This document shows positions 20,224 through 29,382 of a DNA stretch of 64,000 nucleotides, piece by piece. Under the pieces are notes generated by a model. That model did no database searches. It saw nothing but the letters and a program-made list of their open reading frames with translations, and was not told where the DNA came from. The translations under genes were made by a program, and so were the position numbers. This stretch comes from a virus. The stretch's first letter is position 1, and each line of letters begins with the position of its first letter. Location: the IMG/VR virus record IMGVR_UViG_3300023184_002781, positions 1-64,000 of that record; one strand, 5' to 3'.

Positions 20224-21395
20224 TATAATTTTGCCTTAACTTCATCTAATATATCAACAGGAATATGATGCTCGCTAACATCTTTATTTCTTAGGCGATC
20301 AGCCCATTGACCTACAATCATTGCTCTTTTACGTTCTTCGCTAGTTTCAGCATATTCAGTTTGAGTAATTGTATTTGTCCAAACATTGCTTTCTTTTTGT
20401 TCTTCATTTTGAACATATCCTTCTTCTACTTTTTCTTCAGTCAATGGAATAGGATCTGGCTCAGGTACAGTTATATTAGTGACAGTAGGCGGCTTTGTGT
20501 CTATGACATCGGTGGTCCCTCTAGGGCTGTCACCCTCCACTATAGGTTTTTCTTTCTTAGGCATTCTAAGTCCAACAATGGTACCATCACTATCCTTTAG
20601 TACGCCCGGCTTACCTTCACGTTCTCTAAACTCTTGAAAACTCATTTGGCTAGCTAACAACAAAATAATTGCCAAAGGATCAAATACAATAATAATTGTA
20701 ATAATAACCCAAGTGACTGCTTTTTCTAAAATAGTTTGATCAGTACTGCCATAAAAGAAAGCGGCTATATATTTTATCGGTCCAACCTCTGCCTCCACTT
20801 TTCGTACCTCGGCGGCAATAGGCGCACGTTCATTGTTAAGTCCTTGGATAGACTTCTGCGACTGTAATATTTCATCTTGAAGTCTAACACGTTCTTTCTG
20901 CTGGGCTTTACGCAGAGCCACAGCTTTGTCGGCACCTTTTTCATCTGTTGAGCGGCCCAATACTTGATCCACTCCCTCATCCATCTGTTTAAGTGCCTTA
21001 CGGTTTGCTTCAATATTCTCTTTCTCGGTTTTGATCTTTTCATCATATACAGCAATTTTACTCTGAACATCACCACTGACTAGATTTTGATCACTATGTG
21101 CTTTACTTAAGAATCCAAAGATTCCCATGCTGGTAATAATCATTAATACCACAATAGCGGTAAAGAGATATGTTTTGATCAGTAGCGGAGCAGTCTTCCA
21201 ATTTTGTTTGAGCCATATTGTGGCCACTAACTTACTAATTTCTAATGTAGTTCCCATAATAATAATAGGAACAACTGCGGCGGCGAATATAGCAGTAAGG
21301 CCTACTACACTATAATAAACAGCCACAGCTGAAATACTTAGTCCGCTTAGTAGTGCAAGGTATGCTATAAATTTTTCATTTAATGTAGGTTTCAT
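20223..21395 (-). CDS. Multi-pass membrane protein with coiled coil
   Basis: Three N-terminal TM segments, SMGIFGFLSKAH, coiled coil, EVGPIKY, TM VFDPLA; start MKPTLNE lies 5 nt after TATAAATA. Confidence 0.8.
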   Translation of the reverse strand: MKPTLNEKFIAYLALLSGLSISAVAVYYSVVGLTAIFAAAVVPIIIMGTTLEISKLVATIWLKQNWKTAPLLIKTYLFTAIVVLMIITSMGIFGFLSKAHSDQNLVSGDVQSKIAVYDEKIKTEKENIEANRKALKQMDEGVDQVLGRSTDEKGADKAVALRKAQQKERVRLQDEILQSQKSIQGLNNERAPIAAEVRKVEAEVGPIKYIAAFFYGSTDQTILEKAVTWVIITIIIVFDPLAIILLLASQMSFQEFREREGKPGVLKDSDGTIVGLRMPKKEKPIVEGDSPRGTTDVIDTKPPTVTNITVPEPDPIPLTEEKVEEGYVQNEEQKESNVWTNTITQTEYAETSEERKRAMIVGQWADRLRNKDVSEHHIPVDILDEVKAKL

Positions 21396-21428
21396 AAGAA
21401 TATTTATAGTCAATGTTGATGTTCAATC

Positions 21429-21968
21429 TCATAGCACATTTGCCGGTTCAAATAATCTTACCCATGTTGAGGTTTGTATTGATGGTCGTCGAATAGAGTT
21501 GGCTTCGTCATTTATATTACCGATTGGTTTTTCTCCAACTGCATCAACATATCGAGCAATTAATTGACTTTCTAAAATCAATACTTCATTCCATGGATTA
21601 ATTGTTTCAAATGGATAATTGGTTAAATCCCATAATTTAATTTTAATAAAATCTTTGTCTATTGGAATGTTATATAACTTTTCAAAATCTTCTTCAACGA
21701 TTCTCCAATCGGCTCCACTAGAGCCGTTAAGTCGTCGTTCTCCCCAACTACGAATATGTCCGATTTGTCGATATACTCTTTCTCCATAGTTGCGTGAGTT
21801 ATCAGCGCTCATACCAAATTTAATAACAATCCCTTTGTACATAATTTGATAAAGATATTTGTCAATCTTATAATTTTTCATGTAAATTGAAATATCATAA
21901 GGAGAACATAAATCTTTTACGTTAATAGTATGAGTGGGTATTTTACTCCAGTCAGCATTAATTTTCAT
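21429..21968 (-). CDS. Hypothetical protein, possible degenerate GIY-YIG nuclease
   Basis: LY...IKFGMS...R-Y...ESQLI...PIGN pattern. Confidence 0.4.
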   Translation of the reverse strand: MKINADWSKIPTHTINVKDLCSPYDISIYMKNYKIDKYLYQIMYKGIVIKFGMSADNSRNYGERVYRQIGHIRSWGERRLNGSSGADWRIVEEDFEKLYNIPIDKDFIKIKLWDLTNYPFETINPWNEVLILESQLIARYVDAVGEKPIGNINDEANSIRRPSIQTSTWVRLFEPANVL

Positions 21969-22357
21969 CGTCTCATCCTTGAAATGTCAATTGCTTCTTC
22001 ATCACTAAACACAGGTACAGCATTACTCTTATGCATTGTGGCAATGCCTTTAACCTTAGTACCTGTATATACTTTAGCAGGTGCTAGTACTGCTACACCA
22101 CCGCCGGTATTAAGACTTGGTATATGTTTGGTGTTAGTACGACCTACTGGTGTCTCAAGTTTATAGACCAATGGTTCAGCAGACATAGCACGACGTCTCC
22201 GCCGTTCTTCTTGTTCAACACCTTGTCGTTTAAGAAGGTCTTTCCATGCTGTATCAAGTTCTCGAGCACGTCGAGCCTCTTCAGCATTACGGAATTTTAC
22301 CTTGCCCTTCTTCTTACCGGTCGTGGTCAGGGCAGGACCACATAGATGCATACTCAT
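21965..22357 (-). CDS. Basic hypothetical phage protein
   Basis: YTGTKVKGIATMHKSNAVPVF. Confidence 0.75.
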   Translation of the reverse strand: MSMHLCGPALTTTGKKKGKVKFRNAEEARRARELDTAWKDLLKRQGVEQEERRRRRAMSAEPLVYKLETPVGRTNTKHIPSLNTGGGVAVLAPAKVYTGTKVKGIATMHKSNAVPVFSDEEAIDISRMRR

Positions 22358-22680
22358 GCTACGTGTGTTTCGAGGTCAAATGCCATTGTAACTTTTTTGC
22401 GAACAGGTTCAAATGTGGCCTGTAGTTTACGGGGCATTCCTGTCCAACGTAGGATTTCACCACTTGGATCAATTTTAAGAGATCCAGCAACTACCCAGAT
22501 TTGACGTCCGGTAGGATCAATACCTGCTAGTTTTCGAACTACACCATTAATCAATCCACTAGCAGTATCTTTGCCACGGTTCCAATGATAGGTAGTACCT
22601 TTGTTTGTCCAGATTTGGAAGTCTTTGGAATCAGATAAACAATATTGTTTTAAGTTAAGTAGAGTAGTTTCAGCATTCAT
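22354..22680 (-). CDS. Hypothetical early protein
   Basis: AGGAG SD; follows a consensus sigma70 promoter. Confidence 0.75.
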   Translation of the reverse strand: MNAETTLLNLKQYCLSDSKDFQIWTNKGTTYHWNRGKDTASGLINGVVRKLAGIDPTGRQIWVVAGSLKIDPSGEILRWTGMPRKLQATFEPVRKKVTMAFDLETHVA

Positions 22681-22700
22681 AATTAATCTCCTATGTATTA

Positions 22701-22729
22701 ATTATAGCGACTTTTTACCAGTTTGTCAA
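22701..22729 (-). promoter_or_regulatory. Consensus sigma70 promoter with GGTAAAA spacer motif
   Basis: TTGACA-aactggtaaaaagtcgc-TATAAT. Confidence 0.9.
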
Positions 22730-22731
22730 TA

Positions 22732-23775
22732 CTAATTTTTACCAAAATACTCTTTCCAAATTTTGATAGTCTTATCTGTGTAACTTTTTAAAGATGCTTG
22801 GTGTGCTTGTACATTTTCCAAAGGACGATTGTAGGCAAGATGTAACTTTTTAGTTATGTCTTTACTATCCGAATAGCTTGCACTAAATTCTGGAATAGCC
22901 CATGGTATTTCTCCAATAGATCCAACTATAGGAACTCCTTGACTAATTAGGTCGGCGGCTATAATATTAAAGGATTCTGTGATGCTAACTTGCATACCTA
23001 TATCCATTTCAGAACATAATTTTAAAAACTTGTCACGAGGTTGCCATTCGTGATTAATCATTATATGCCCACTATTTTGTAATTGTTCAAATAATATTTT
23101 AAAATTACTAATTACGTTGTCACCCTCCATTTCTACACGGTTGGCATTAATATGGAATCGCAATTTCTTTCCAATTTGATCAGCAAATCCTATAGCTGCT
23201 ATTGCTTGTATTATATGATTTTTTAATAATCGAATAGCACCAAAACAGCTTATGTCAATATACTCTTTATCTTTATTAAAGTTTTTAATTTTATATGTTT
23301 GTGGATAAAAATTAGGTAGATAAATTACTTTATTTGAAGTTTCTTCATCTGTCCAATTATTTCTAGATTTTAAATATATAGAAATATCATGTGTGGCTCG
23401 TTGAGCATTTTGCCCAATTATAATATTTTTAAAATCTGAATATAGTGAAACTTGCTCTATTGAACAATATACTCCTGCTAAATGTATAATTTCACAATGT
23501 GATCTTCCTATCCACTTTATGTTAGGATGCATATTACATAGATAACTGAATAATCCAGGATTAGCCCATAATGATTCTATAATTACATAATCGGGGCAAT
23601 ATGTTGCAACTAATTTATTAATATTATTTGAAGTTGCAAGTATTTCAAGGTTACTATCTATTCCGTTGTCTTTTAACATTTTATGAACAAAGGTCGAAGC
23701 ATGATATAATGTCGAACTCAACTCATCATGTATTTTATCATGATCTCTATAAAGTAGAAAAAGTACCTTACTCAT
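22732..23775 (-). CDS. GT-B (GT4-like) glycosyltransferase
   Basis: FGAIRLLKN and QVSITESFNIIAAD...GVPIV. Confidence 0.75.
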   Translation of the reverse strand: MSKVLFLLYRDHDKIHDELSSTLYHASTFVHKMLKDNGIDSNLEILATSNNINKLVATYCPDYVIIESLWANPGLFSYLCNMHPNIKWIGRSHCEIIHLAGVYCSIEQVSLYSDFKNIIIGQNAQRATHDISIYLKSRNNWTDEETSNKVIYLPNFYPQTYKIKNFNKDKEYIDISCFGAIRLLKNHIIQAIAAIGFADQIGKKLRFHINANRVEMEGDNVISNFKILFEQLQNSGHIMINHEWQPRDKFLKLCSEMDIGMQVSITESFNIIAADLISQGVPIVGSIGEIPWAIPEFSASYSDSKDITKKLHLAYNRPLENVQAHQASLKSYTDKTIKIWKEYFGKN

Positions 23776-23794
23776 TTGTTAAATTAAAATATGA

Positions 23795-23812
23795 AAGGCC
23801 CCGAAGGGCCTT
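23795..23812 (-). terminator. Terminator after porin
   Basis: AAGGCCC-TTCG-GGGCCTTT. Confidence 0.8.
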
Positions 23813-23833
23813 GCTTACAATTCTAAGGTTGGA

Positions 23834-24721
23834 TTAGAAACTGTATTCTAGACCAGCACCATAACGTGTGGTATTTGTGGCTGCTGTCTCTTTCAAGTAA
23901 CGAGCCAATACTTTAGTATTTTTACCCAACGCATAGTTAGCACCTAAGTTATAAGACTTAAGACCACCGTTCTCACCATAACTAGCCATTGCGGATAGTG
24001 CTGGAGTTACAGTTTGAGTAACACCCATGCTCTTACCTTGACTGGTTACGTTGGCTACTTTGTTGTCAGAATATAGACCAAACAAGGTTGTACCTGTTTT
24101 AGCAATTTCAAACTTAGCACCAACAACATCGCTTACACTGGTTGAACCATTGTCAAAGCGAGCATATGTAGCACCAATAGGTCCAGTAGAATATACTAGG
24201 CTAAAAGTTTGTGGATTTGGAGTACCAGCAACTTCGCTATTAGCCATTACATAATTACCTGTAAAGCCTTGAACAGGAGATACAGATACATATACTGCAT
24301 TGTTCAAACGTGTGCCTTGATAAGAATGGATAGCGGCTGCGCTAGATCCAAACAAATCACCACCCATAGCATCGAACGAATCCAATGATTTGGTTAAAGC
24401 AGTCTTGTCACGACCAAAACCAATTGATCCCATTTTGTGTGATAGACCAACAAGGGCAGCACGATCACCGAGGCTGCTGGCTGCTGGAGCATCAACACCA
24501 ACGTTGGTTTCAACAACAGCAAATGCTGTCAACCCATTACCGATAGCATCAGATGCTTTGATACCGATACGGCTTTTATCATTGGTTAAAGATGTTACAG
24601 ATGCTGCTGTGCCTACTGTAGAAGATTCTTCATAGACACGTGCCATTCCATAAACGGAGACATCGGCTTGGGCGAATCCCATAAGACCGATTAATAACGC
24701 AGAGATTGCGATTTTTTTCAT
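23834..24721 (-). CDS. Gram-negative general porin (betaproteobacterial type)
   Basis: Signal peptide; VSVYG, SRIGIK, GNGLTA, FGR; C-terminal GLEYSF beta-signal. Confidence 0.9.
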   Translation of the reverse strand: MKKIAISALLIGLMGFAQADVSVYGMARVYEESSTVGTAASVTSLTNDKSRIGIKASDAIGNGLTAFAVVETNVGVDAPAASSLGDRAALVGLSHKMGSIGFGRDKTALTKSLDSFDAMGGDLFGSSAAAIHSYQGTRLNNAVYVSVSPVQGFTGNYVMANSEVAGTPNPQTFSLVYSTGPIGATYARFDNGSTSVSDVVGAKFEIAKTGTTLFGLYSDNKVANVTSQGKSMGVTQTVTPALSAMASYGENGGLKSYNLGANYALGKNTKVLARYLKETAATNTTRYGAGLEYSF

Positions 24722-24764
24722 ATTAAATTTCCTTTTGTTTTATACAGTCTTACGACCATACTAT

Positions 24765-24793
24765 ATTATATATCTCTTTTAGACAAAGGTCAA
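24765..24793 (-). promoter_or_regulatory. Sigma70 promoter of the porin
   Basis: TTGACC-17-TATAAT. Confidence 0.8.
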
Positions 24794-24803
24794 TATATTT
24801 CTT

Positions 24804-25445
24804 TTACTTGTTAGCCAAAGGATTATCGATTGCTTTTTGGATTTTTTGATCAATTTCTTTCTTCAAAACTTCCACATCTTTGGTAACTTCCTTCTTCAAC
24901 TGCTGAGTTTCAGCGTTGATCTCTCTACGTGCTTGAGCCATTTCGGTACGTACAGCATTGGCCTCTGCACGGGCTTTGTCTAAATCTTCTCTAACACCTT
25001 TACGCATTTCACGCATTTCCCCTTCGGAATCACGCTGTGCTGCTTTAACAAAACGTTCAACTTGCTCAGTAACTGATTCGTTTCTACGTAGATCACTTTT
25101 TAAGTCATTCTTAATATCACGAGTATAACCATTTGCTTCTGTAACTGAATCTTCAGCCTTCTTGATCTTTTGATCAAGTATGGATATACGTTTATCAAAC
25201 TCGGTTAAGTCTGGTGCTGAATATTCAGATATCTTTTTCTTCATACCCACGTAGTCTTTATAAACTTCAAATGCTCCGTACAGACCACCAAGTAATGATG
25301 ATACCAATGTAAATGCTACCATTAGTTTAGCAGGAGTAAATTCATATCCACCAATACTGATTACAGTATCTTTACTGGCGTATTGTTTTACTGCTGCTTC
25401 TGCTTCGTCAATTTTAGCATTAACGTCTTTAATTTGTTCTGTCAT
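24804..25445 (-). CDS. Single-TM long coiled-coil protein
   Basis: TM LMVAFTLVSSLLGGLYGAF, then heptads, ending DNPLANK. Confidence 0.8.
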   Translation of the reverse strand: MTEQIKDVNAKIDEAEAAVKQYASKDTVISIGGYEFTPAKLMVAFTLVSSLLGGLYGAFEVYKDYVGMKKKISEYSAPDLTEFDKRISILDQKIKKAEDSVTEANGYTRDIKNDLKSDLRRNESVTEQVERFVKAAQRDSEGEMREMRKGVREDLDKARAEANAVRTEMAQARREINAETQQLKKEVTKDVEVLKKEIDQKIQKAIDNPLANK

Positions 25446-25447
25446 TT

Positions 25448-27286
25448 TTATCTCCTGTATTGTAGGTCTATCATGTCCTGATGTAACCTGTCGCTGCTTA
25501 ATTGTCTTAACGCACGAGCGTTATCAATTGTCTTTTGATTACCATATATGTCCTTGGGTGCATAAAATGCTCCGTCTTTCATTATGGTTGTTGCATATAC
25601 ATCAAAACCTTTTGGTTGTGTAGCAATGGATGCAATATCTACACCACCTGCTAGTTCGTTTGGTTGTACATTCTTTTTAACTGTTTCAGTCTGCTGTTCA
25701 GTTTGTGCTGTTTCTATATTAGTACGAGTCTCTGCTATTTCTGTAACTGATGATCCACGTGGCATTGCACTTGCTACTAGCATTACAGGTACCTCAGCAT
25801 CTAATGATCTAGTTTCTATTCTAGTCATTTGTACTGGTGCAGTTTCTGCAACTGGCTGTTGTATAGACAACAAAGAACTTAATTGTTGTTCGTTATATGT
25901 AGATGCTTGACTTTTACTTGCTGAATATGCAGAGGTCATCGAAAATACTGAATTTGAATTAACAGGTGCTTGATAACTAATTTGATTAGTCTGCTGTGCA
26001 GTATTAACATTAGTTGAATTCATTGATTGGGTTGAAGCCGTCATTAAACTTTGTAATGATGTTGTTGTAGGACCTTGCAATTGAACAGCTGAAGTACTAG
26101 TTGGTTGTGCAGGGGGAGCAGACATCTGTGCAGTAGATGCAGTTTGAATCTGTGATTCTTGACTGCTGGCCATGCTCATAGCATTTAGATTATCCACTGT
26201 GGCCATTGCTTGTTCTTGTGCTTTGGCACTGCTTGTAGCAGCAACTTGATTAGCATTTTGTACAGCCGCAGTTTGTGTGGCCTTATCTGCTGCTTGTATT
26301 TGTCCAATTAGATTCATAATCAAACTCATGTTAGGAGCAGACTTATTTGACTGCTGTTGAGATTGCACAGCACTTGATGCTGGCGGCTGTTGAATCTGTG
26401 CTGGTTGAGATTGCTGTGTTATTGCCTGTACATCCTTTAATACTTGTGGAACATTATCAGGGGCAGTAATAACTCCAGTTGTTGATAACTGAACACCTCC
26501 TACATTTAGGATAGGGGTACCAGATGATCCAGCATCATTAGTTGTTAAACCTGCTATAGATATTCCAGAAGGAACAACCACATTGGTTGATTTAATTAAA
26601 TTGTTAAATCCAGGACATGTTGGGCTAGACGCTGGATTGGACACGCATGGATCAACTCTATAGTTTAAACTAAAACTTACATTCATAATTTCAGGACCAT
26701 AATTCCCAGCCCAGTAATTATTATCTTTACCTACAAACCCAAATTGTGCTGCGCCTAATTTATTAATATTATAAGGTTTGTCAAATGTTTCAGTGAAATT
26801 AAAATCACTCCAATTATATTTCCTATTGGTGTATTGTGTATAATCGTAATTTTCAACAACCTTACCAGCACTATTGTATATATTAACATAGGCTGCTAGA
26901 TAGTCTTGTCTGCCATCATCCCAGCCGTTGCCATTCTTAGCACGGAAGCCAAAATTAAACCCGCTTAGTTGAACTCCTATGCCTGCTGCTGCAAGAGCAT
27001 TGTTTATATTAACCACTTGATTGAGATTTACATTACCATAAGAGAAGTTGATGCTACCTGATTCCGCACGTATGCTAGGATTAGGACCACAGTTACCTGG
27101 CTGTCCTGCCTGAAAACATAACTGATTAACCAAGACACCATTGACCCAATTGCCTGTCGTGGCAGTAGGACTACCGGTAAAATTTACTAGGTTACCGGTA
27201 GTTGAATCTACGTTCTGAGCATTAGAAGAACTTAAAGACAAGAGCACCAAGCAAAGCGCCAATGCCCACTTTCTGATATGTATCAT
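25448..27286 (-). CDS. Secreted protein with FBA-like lectin domain and Q/S/T/A-rich stalk
   Basis: Signal peptide; GKDNNYWAGNYGP; DPCVSNPASSPTCPG; low-complexity middle region. Confidence 0.65.
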   Translation of the reverse strand: MIHIRKWALALCLVLLSLSSSNAQNVDSTTGNLVNFTGSPTATTGNWVNGVLVNQLCFQAGQPGNCGPNPSIRAESGSINFSYGNVNLNQVVNINNALAAAGIGVQLSGFNFGFRAKNGNGWDDGRQDYLAAYVNIYNSAGKVVENYDYTQYTNRKYNWSDFNFTETFDKPYNINKLGAAQFGFVGKDNNYWAGNYGPEIMNVSFSLNYRVDPCVSNPASSPTCPGFNNLIKSTNVVVPSGISIAGLTTNDAGSSGTPILNVGGVQLSTTGVITAPDNVPQVLKDVQAITQQSQPAQIQQPPASSAVQSQQQSNKSAPNMSLIMNLIGQIQAADKATQTAAVQNANQVAATSSAKAQEQAMATVDNLNAMSMASSQESQIQTASTAQMSAPPAQPTSTSAVQLQGPTTTSLQSLMTASTQSMNSTNVNTAQQTNQISYQAPVNSNSVFSMTSAYSASKSQASTYNEQQLSSLLSIQQPVAETAPVQMTRIETRSLDAEVPVMLVASAMPRGSSVTEIAETRTNIETAQTEQQTETVKKNVQPNELAGGVDIASIATQPKGFDVYATTIMKDGAFYAPKDIYGNQKTIDNARALRQLSSDRLHQDMIDLQYRR

Positions 27287-28478
27287 CTATTTTTGCCTCT
27301 TCCATTTTAGGAATACGATCTTTATTCTCATCCCATGCTGCACGGGCTGCTTCACCAATTTTACCATCATAAGGGCAAGGTGTTCCTGCTGCTAACATAG
27401 CATCAAACACTCTACGGTCTTGGCACATAGTAGCAACTGCTGCTACTTTCATACCCATATCATATAATGTTTTGCTTAGTTTTAAACGTTCGCAATTCAT
27501 GTCACGTACTGTGCCACCACTGCTTACACCAAAGATTTGTGTTTGTACGCTACCACTTGTTCCGGTACTACATAGATCAGCATTGCCGCCACTCATCATT
27601 GTTGGAGCAACTGCGGTTGGCGGTGGTTGAATAATACGCTGTGTAATCTCAGTAGTGTTGATATTACGGTTGGTCATATCACCTGTATTAACATTGTTGT
27701 TTTGATTAACATTTTCGTTAGAATTTTTATTTTGACTTACAGTTATATTTGTATTTTTGTTATCACTGGTGGATGTATTATTGTTATTATTGGTCATTGT
27801 ACCAGTATTAACATTGTTGTTATTATTGGTCATTGTACCACTATTAACATTATTATTTGTATTAACATTGGTACTAGTACTTGTATTGGCATTAACATTG
27901 TTGTTATTATTAGTCATTGTACCGCTGTTTATGTTATTATTTGTATTAACATTAGTAGCACTACTAGTATTAGAATTTTGATTAATGTTTGTCATTGTGC
28001 CACTATTAATATTGTTGTTTGTATTAACATTGGTATTAGCACTAGTATTCTGATTAATGTTGGTCATTGTACCACTATTAACGTTATTGTTTGTATTAAC
28101 ATTAGTGCTGCTACTAGTATTCTGATTGATGTTGGTCATTGAGCCTGTATTAACGTTGTTGTTATTATAGGTCATTGTGCCAGTATTAACATTGTTGTTA
28201 TTATTAGTCATTGTACCAGTATTAACATTGTTGTTATTATTAGTCATTGTACCTGAATTAACATTGTTGTTATTATTGGTATTGACGCTGGTACTACCAA
28301 CAGTAGTTTGATTAATATTGGTTATCGTACCACTATTAACATTGTTGGTATTGACTGTGCTAGTGCTAGTAGATGTGTTATTAGTATCTACCAGTGTTTT
28401 GCTATCATATGTAGTTTGCGCCCAAACCATACACATAAAAAACATGGCTGCTAGCCATGAGAGAACTTTCTTAAACAT
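27222..28478 (-). CDS. Secreted Asn/Thr-rich repeat protein with Cys-containing C-terminal domain and TM tail
   Basis: Signal peptide; 11 N(S/T)G(T/S/D)(M/I)T units; four Cys; C-terminal hydrophobic helix. Confidence 0.8.
   Translation of the reverse strand: MFKKVLSWLAAMFFMCMVWAQTTYDSKTLVDTNNTSTSTSTVNTNNVNSGTITNINQTTVGSTSVNTNNNNNVNSGTMTNNNNNVNTGTMTNNNNNVNTGTMTYNNNNVNTGSMTNINQNTSSSTNVNTNNNVNSGTMTNINQNTSANTNVNTNNNINSGTMTNINQNSNTSSATNVNTNNNINSGTMTNNNNNVNANTSTSTNVNTNNNVNSGTMTNNNNNVNTGTMTNNNNNTSTSDNKNTNITVSQNKNSNENVNQNNNVNTGDMTNRNINTTEITQRIIQPPPTAVAPTMMSGGNADLCSTGTSGSVQTQIFGVSSGGTVRDMNCERLKLSKTLYDMGMKVAAVATMCQDRRVFDAMLAAGTPCPYDGKIGEAARAAWDENKDRIPKMEEAKIDDTYQKVGIGALLGALVFKFF
27670..28350 (-). repeat. 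Imperfect 36/72-nt coding tandem repeats (NNNNNVNTGTMT)
   Basis: Recurrent gtcattgtacc/attaacattgttgtt units. Confidence 0.9.
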
Positions 28479-28541
28479 TATATAACCCCCGTTATGATAT
28501 ATTTACTTAGGGGGTTGCTACAGTTAACCTAGCAGATTACA

Positions 28542-28574
28542 AATAATGAACCCGCACTAGGCGGGTTCATTATT
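28542..28574. terminator. 14-bp perfect inverted repeat (terminator-like)
   Basis: aataatgaacccgc-actag-gcgggttcattatt. Confidence 0.75.
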
Positions 28575-28820
28575 CTTTTGATATAGTTTTATAGACTTTG
28601 CTCGGGCTAGTGCTAATCTAACTACAACATAATCAGACAATTCATCTTCGTCATGATTATGACATTTGTCATCACATGATATTAGAGTTGGACGACGATA
28701 TGCAATTTGAAGATCTGGAAAGTCTTCAAGTGCATCATCGTCGTCGTCATCTATTTCAGAAGGATTACTTCTTTGCAGGTTCAGCTGTCTTTGCTGCGTC
28801 CTTGGTAGCAGGTGCTTCAC
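28557..28820 (-). CDS. Acidic hypothetical protein (start uncertain)
   Basis: Asp-rich ORF ending RLALARAKSIKLYQ. Confidence 0.45.
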   Translation of the reverse strand: MKHLLPRTQQRQLNLQRSNPSEIDDDDDDALEDFPDLQIAYRRPTLISCDDKCHNHDEDELSDYVVVRLALARAKSIKLYQKNNEPA

Positions 28821-29013
28821 TTTTGACAGGCGTTGCCTTGGCCTCTACCTTGCAGGTTTTGTCCTTAACAGGATCACACTTTGCAGGAGCAGCAGGTGTA
28901 GCAGCGGCACTAGCAGCAGGTGCTGGAGCAGCAGGTGTTGCAGTCTTAGCAGGCTCAGTGGCAAAAGCAGCGGTTGCTACCAAAGTAGCGATAAGAGTAG
29001 CGATTGTTTTCAT
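28765..29013 (-). CDS. Small secreted Ala/Pro/Lys-rich protein
   Basis: MKTIATLIATLVATAAFA signal peptide; AAGGA SD; CDPVKDKTC pair. Confidence 0.8.
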   Translation of the reverse strand: MKTIATLIATLVATAAFATEPAKTATPAAPAPAASAAATPAAPAKCDPVKDKTCKVEAKATPVKSEAPATKDAAKTAEPAKK

Positions 29014-29032
29014 TTGAAGTTTCCTTTTAAAG

Positions 29033-29200
29033 TTAATGAAATTTATGCTTGACATTATCAACTCGACGACACGGCCCAGATCGCCTTTCATCACAATTGG
29101 ATAATCTCCAATCATAACTAGTGGGCAAATACTGTTCCTGAAACGGTTCGGTTTTATCCTGTTTCGCGTCATCGTAGTCAAGTTGTTTTTTATCTTGCAT
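29033..29200 (-). CDS. Small hypothetical protein (55 aa)
   Basis: Manual: MQDKKQLDYDDAKQDK...HKFH; lies just downstream of an ECF-like promoter. Confidence 0.45.
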   Translation of the reverse strand: MQDKKQLDYDDAKQDKTEPFQEQYLPTSYDWRLSNCDERRSGPCRRVDNVKHKFH

Positions 29201-29208
29201 ACATATAT

Positions 29209-29236
29209 AACGCGGTAGCTCGACAAAAAGTTTACA
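29209..29236 (-). promoter_or_regulatory. Putative ECF-sigma promoter
   Basis: TGTAAAC-17-CGTT. Confidence 0.45.
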
Positions 29237-29247
29237 AGAATTTTAAA

Positions 29248-29382
29248 TTAAATGTCCATTTCTTCGTAATCTGCTTTACCTACACCGCATTCTGGGCAGC
29301 AAAAGTTATCGTCCAAATCTTCCCATTTACCTTCAGTTTCTTCATCGTGGATATGACCACATACTACGCAAACGTGTTCCAT
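29248..29382 (-). CDS. Rubredoxin (44 aa)
   Basis: Manual: MEHVCVVCGHIHDEETEGKWEDLDDNFCCPECGVGKADYEEMDI; coupled to rubrerythrin. Confidence 0.92.
   Translation of the reverse strand: MEHVCVVCGHIHDEETEGKWEDLDDNFCCPECGVGKADYEEMDI

Noticed and set aside
27627-28142. Plus-strand hydrophobic ORFs (171 and 74 aa) and CRISPR-like periodicity
   Set aside because: These are antisense shadows of the Asn-rich coding repeats; the repeats are in-frame, degenerate and lack unique spacers.
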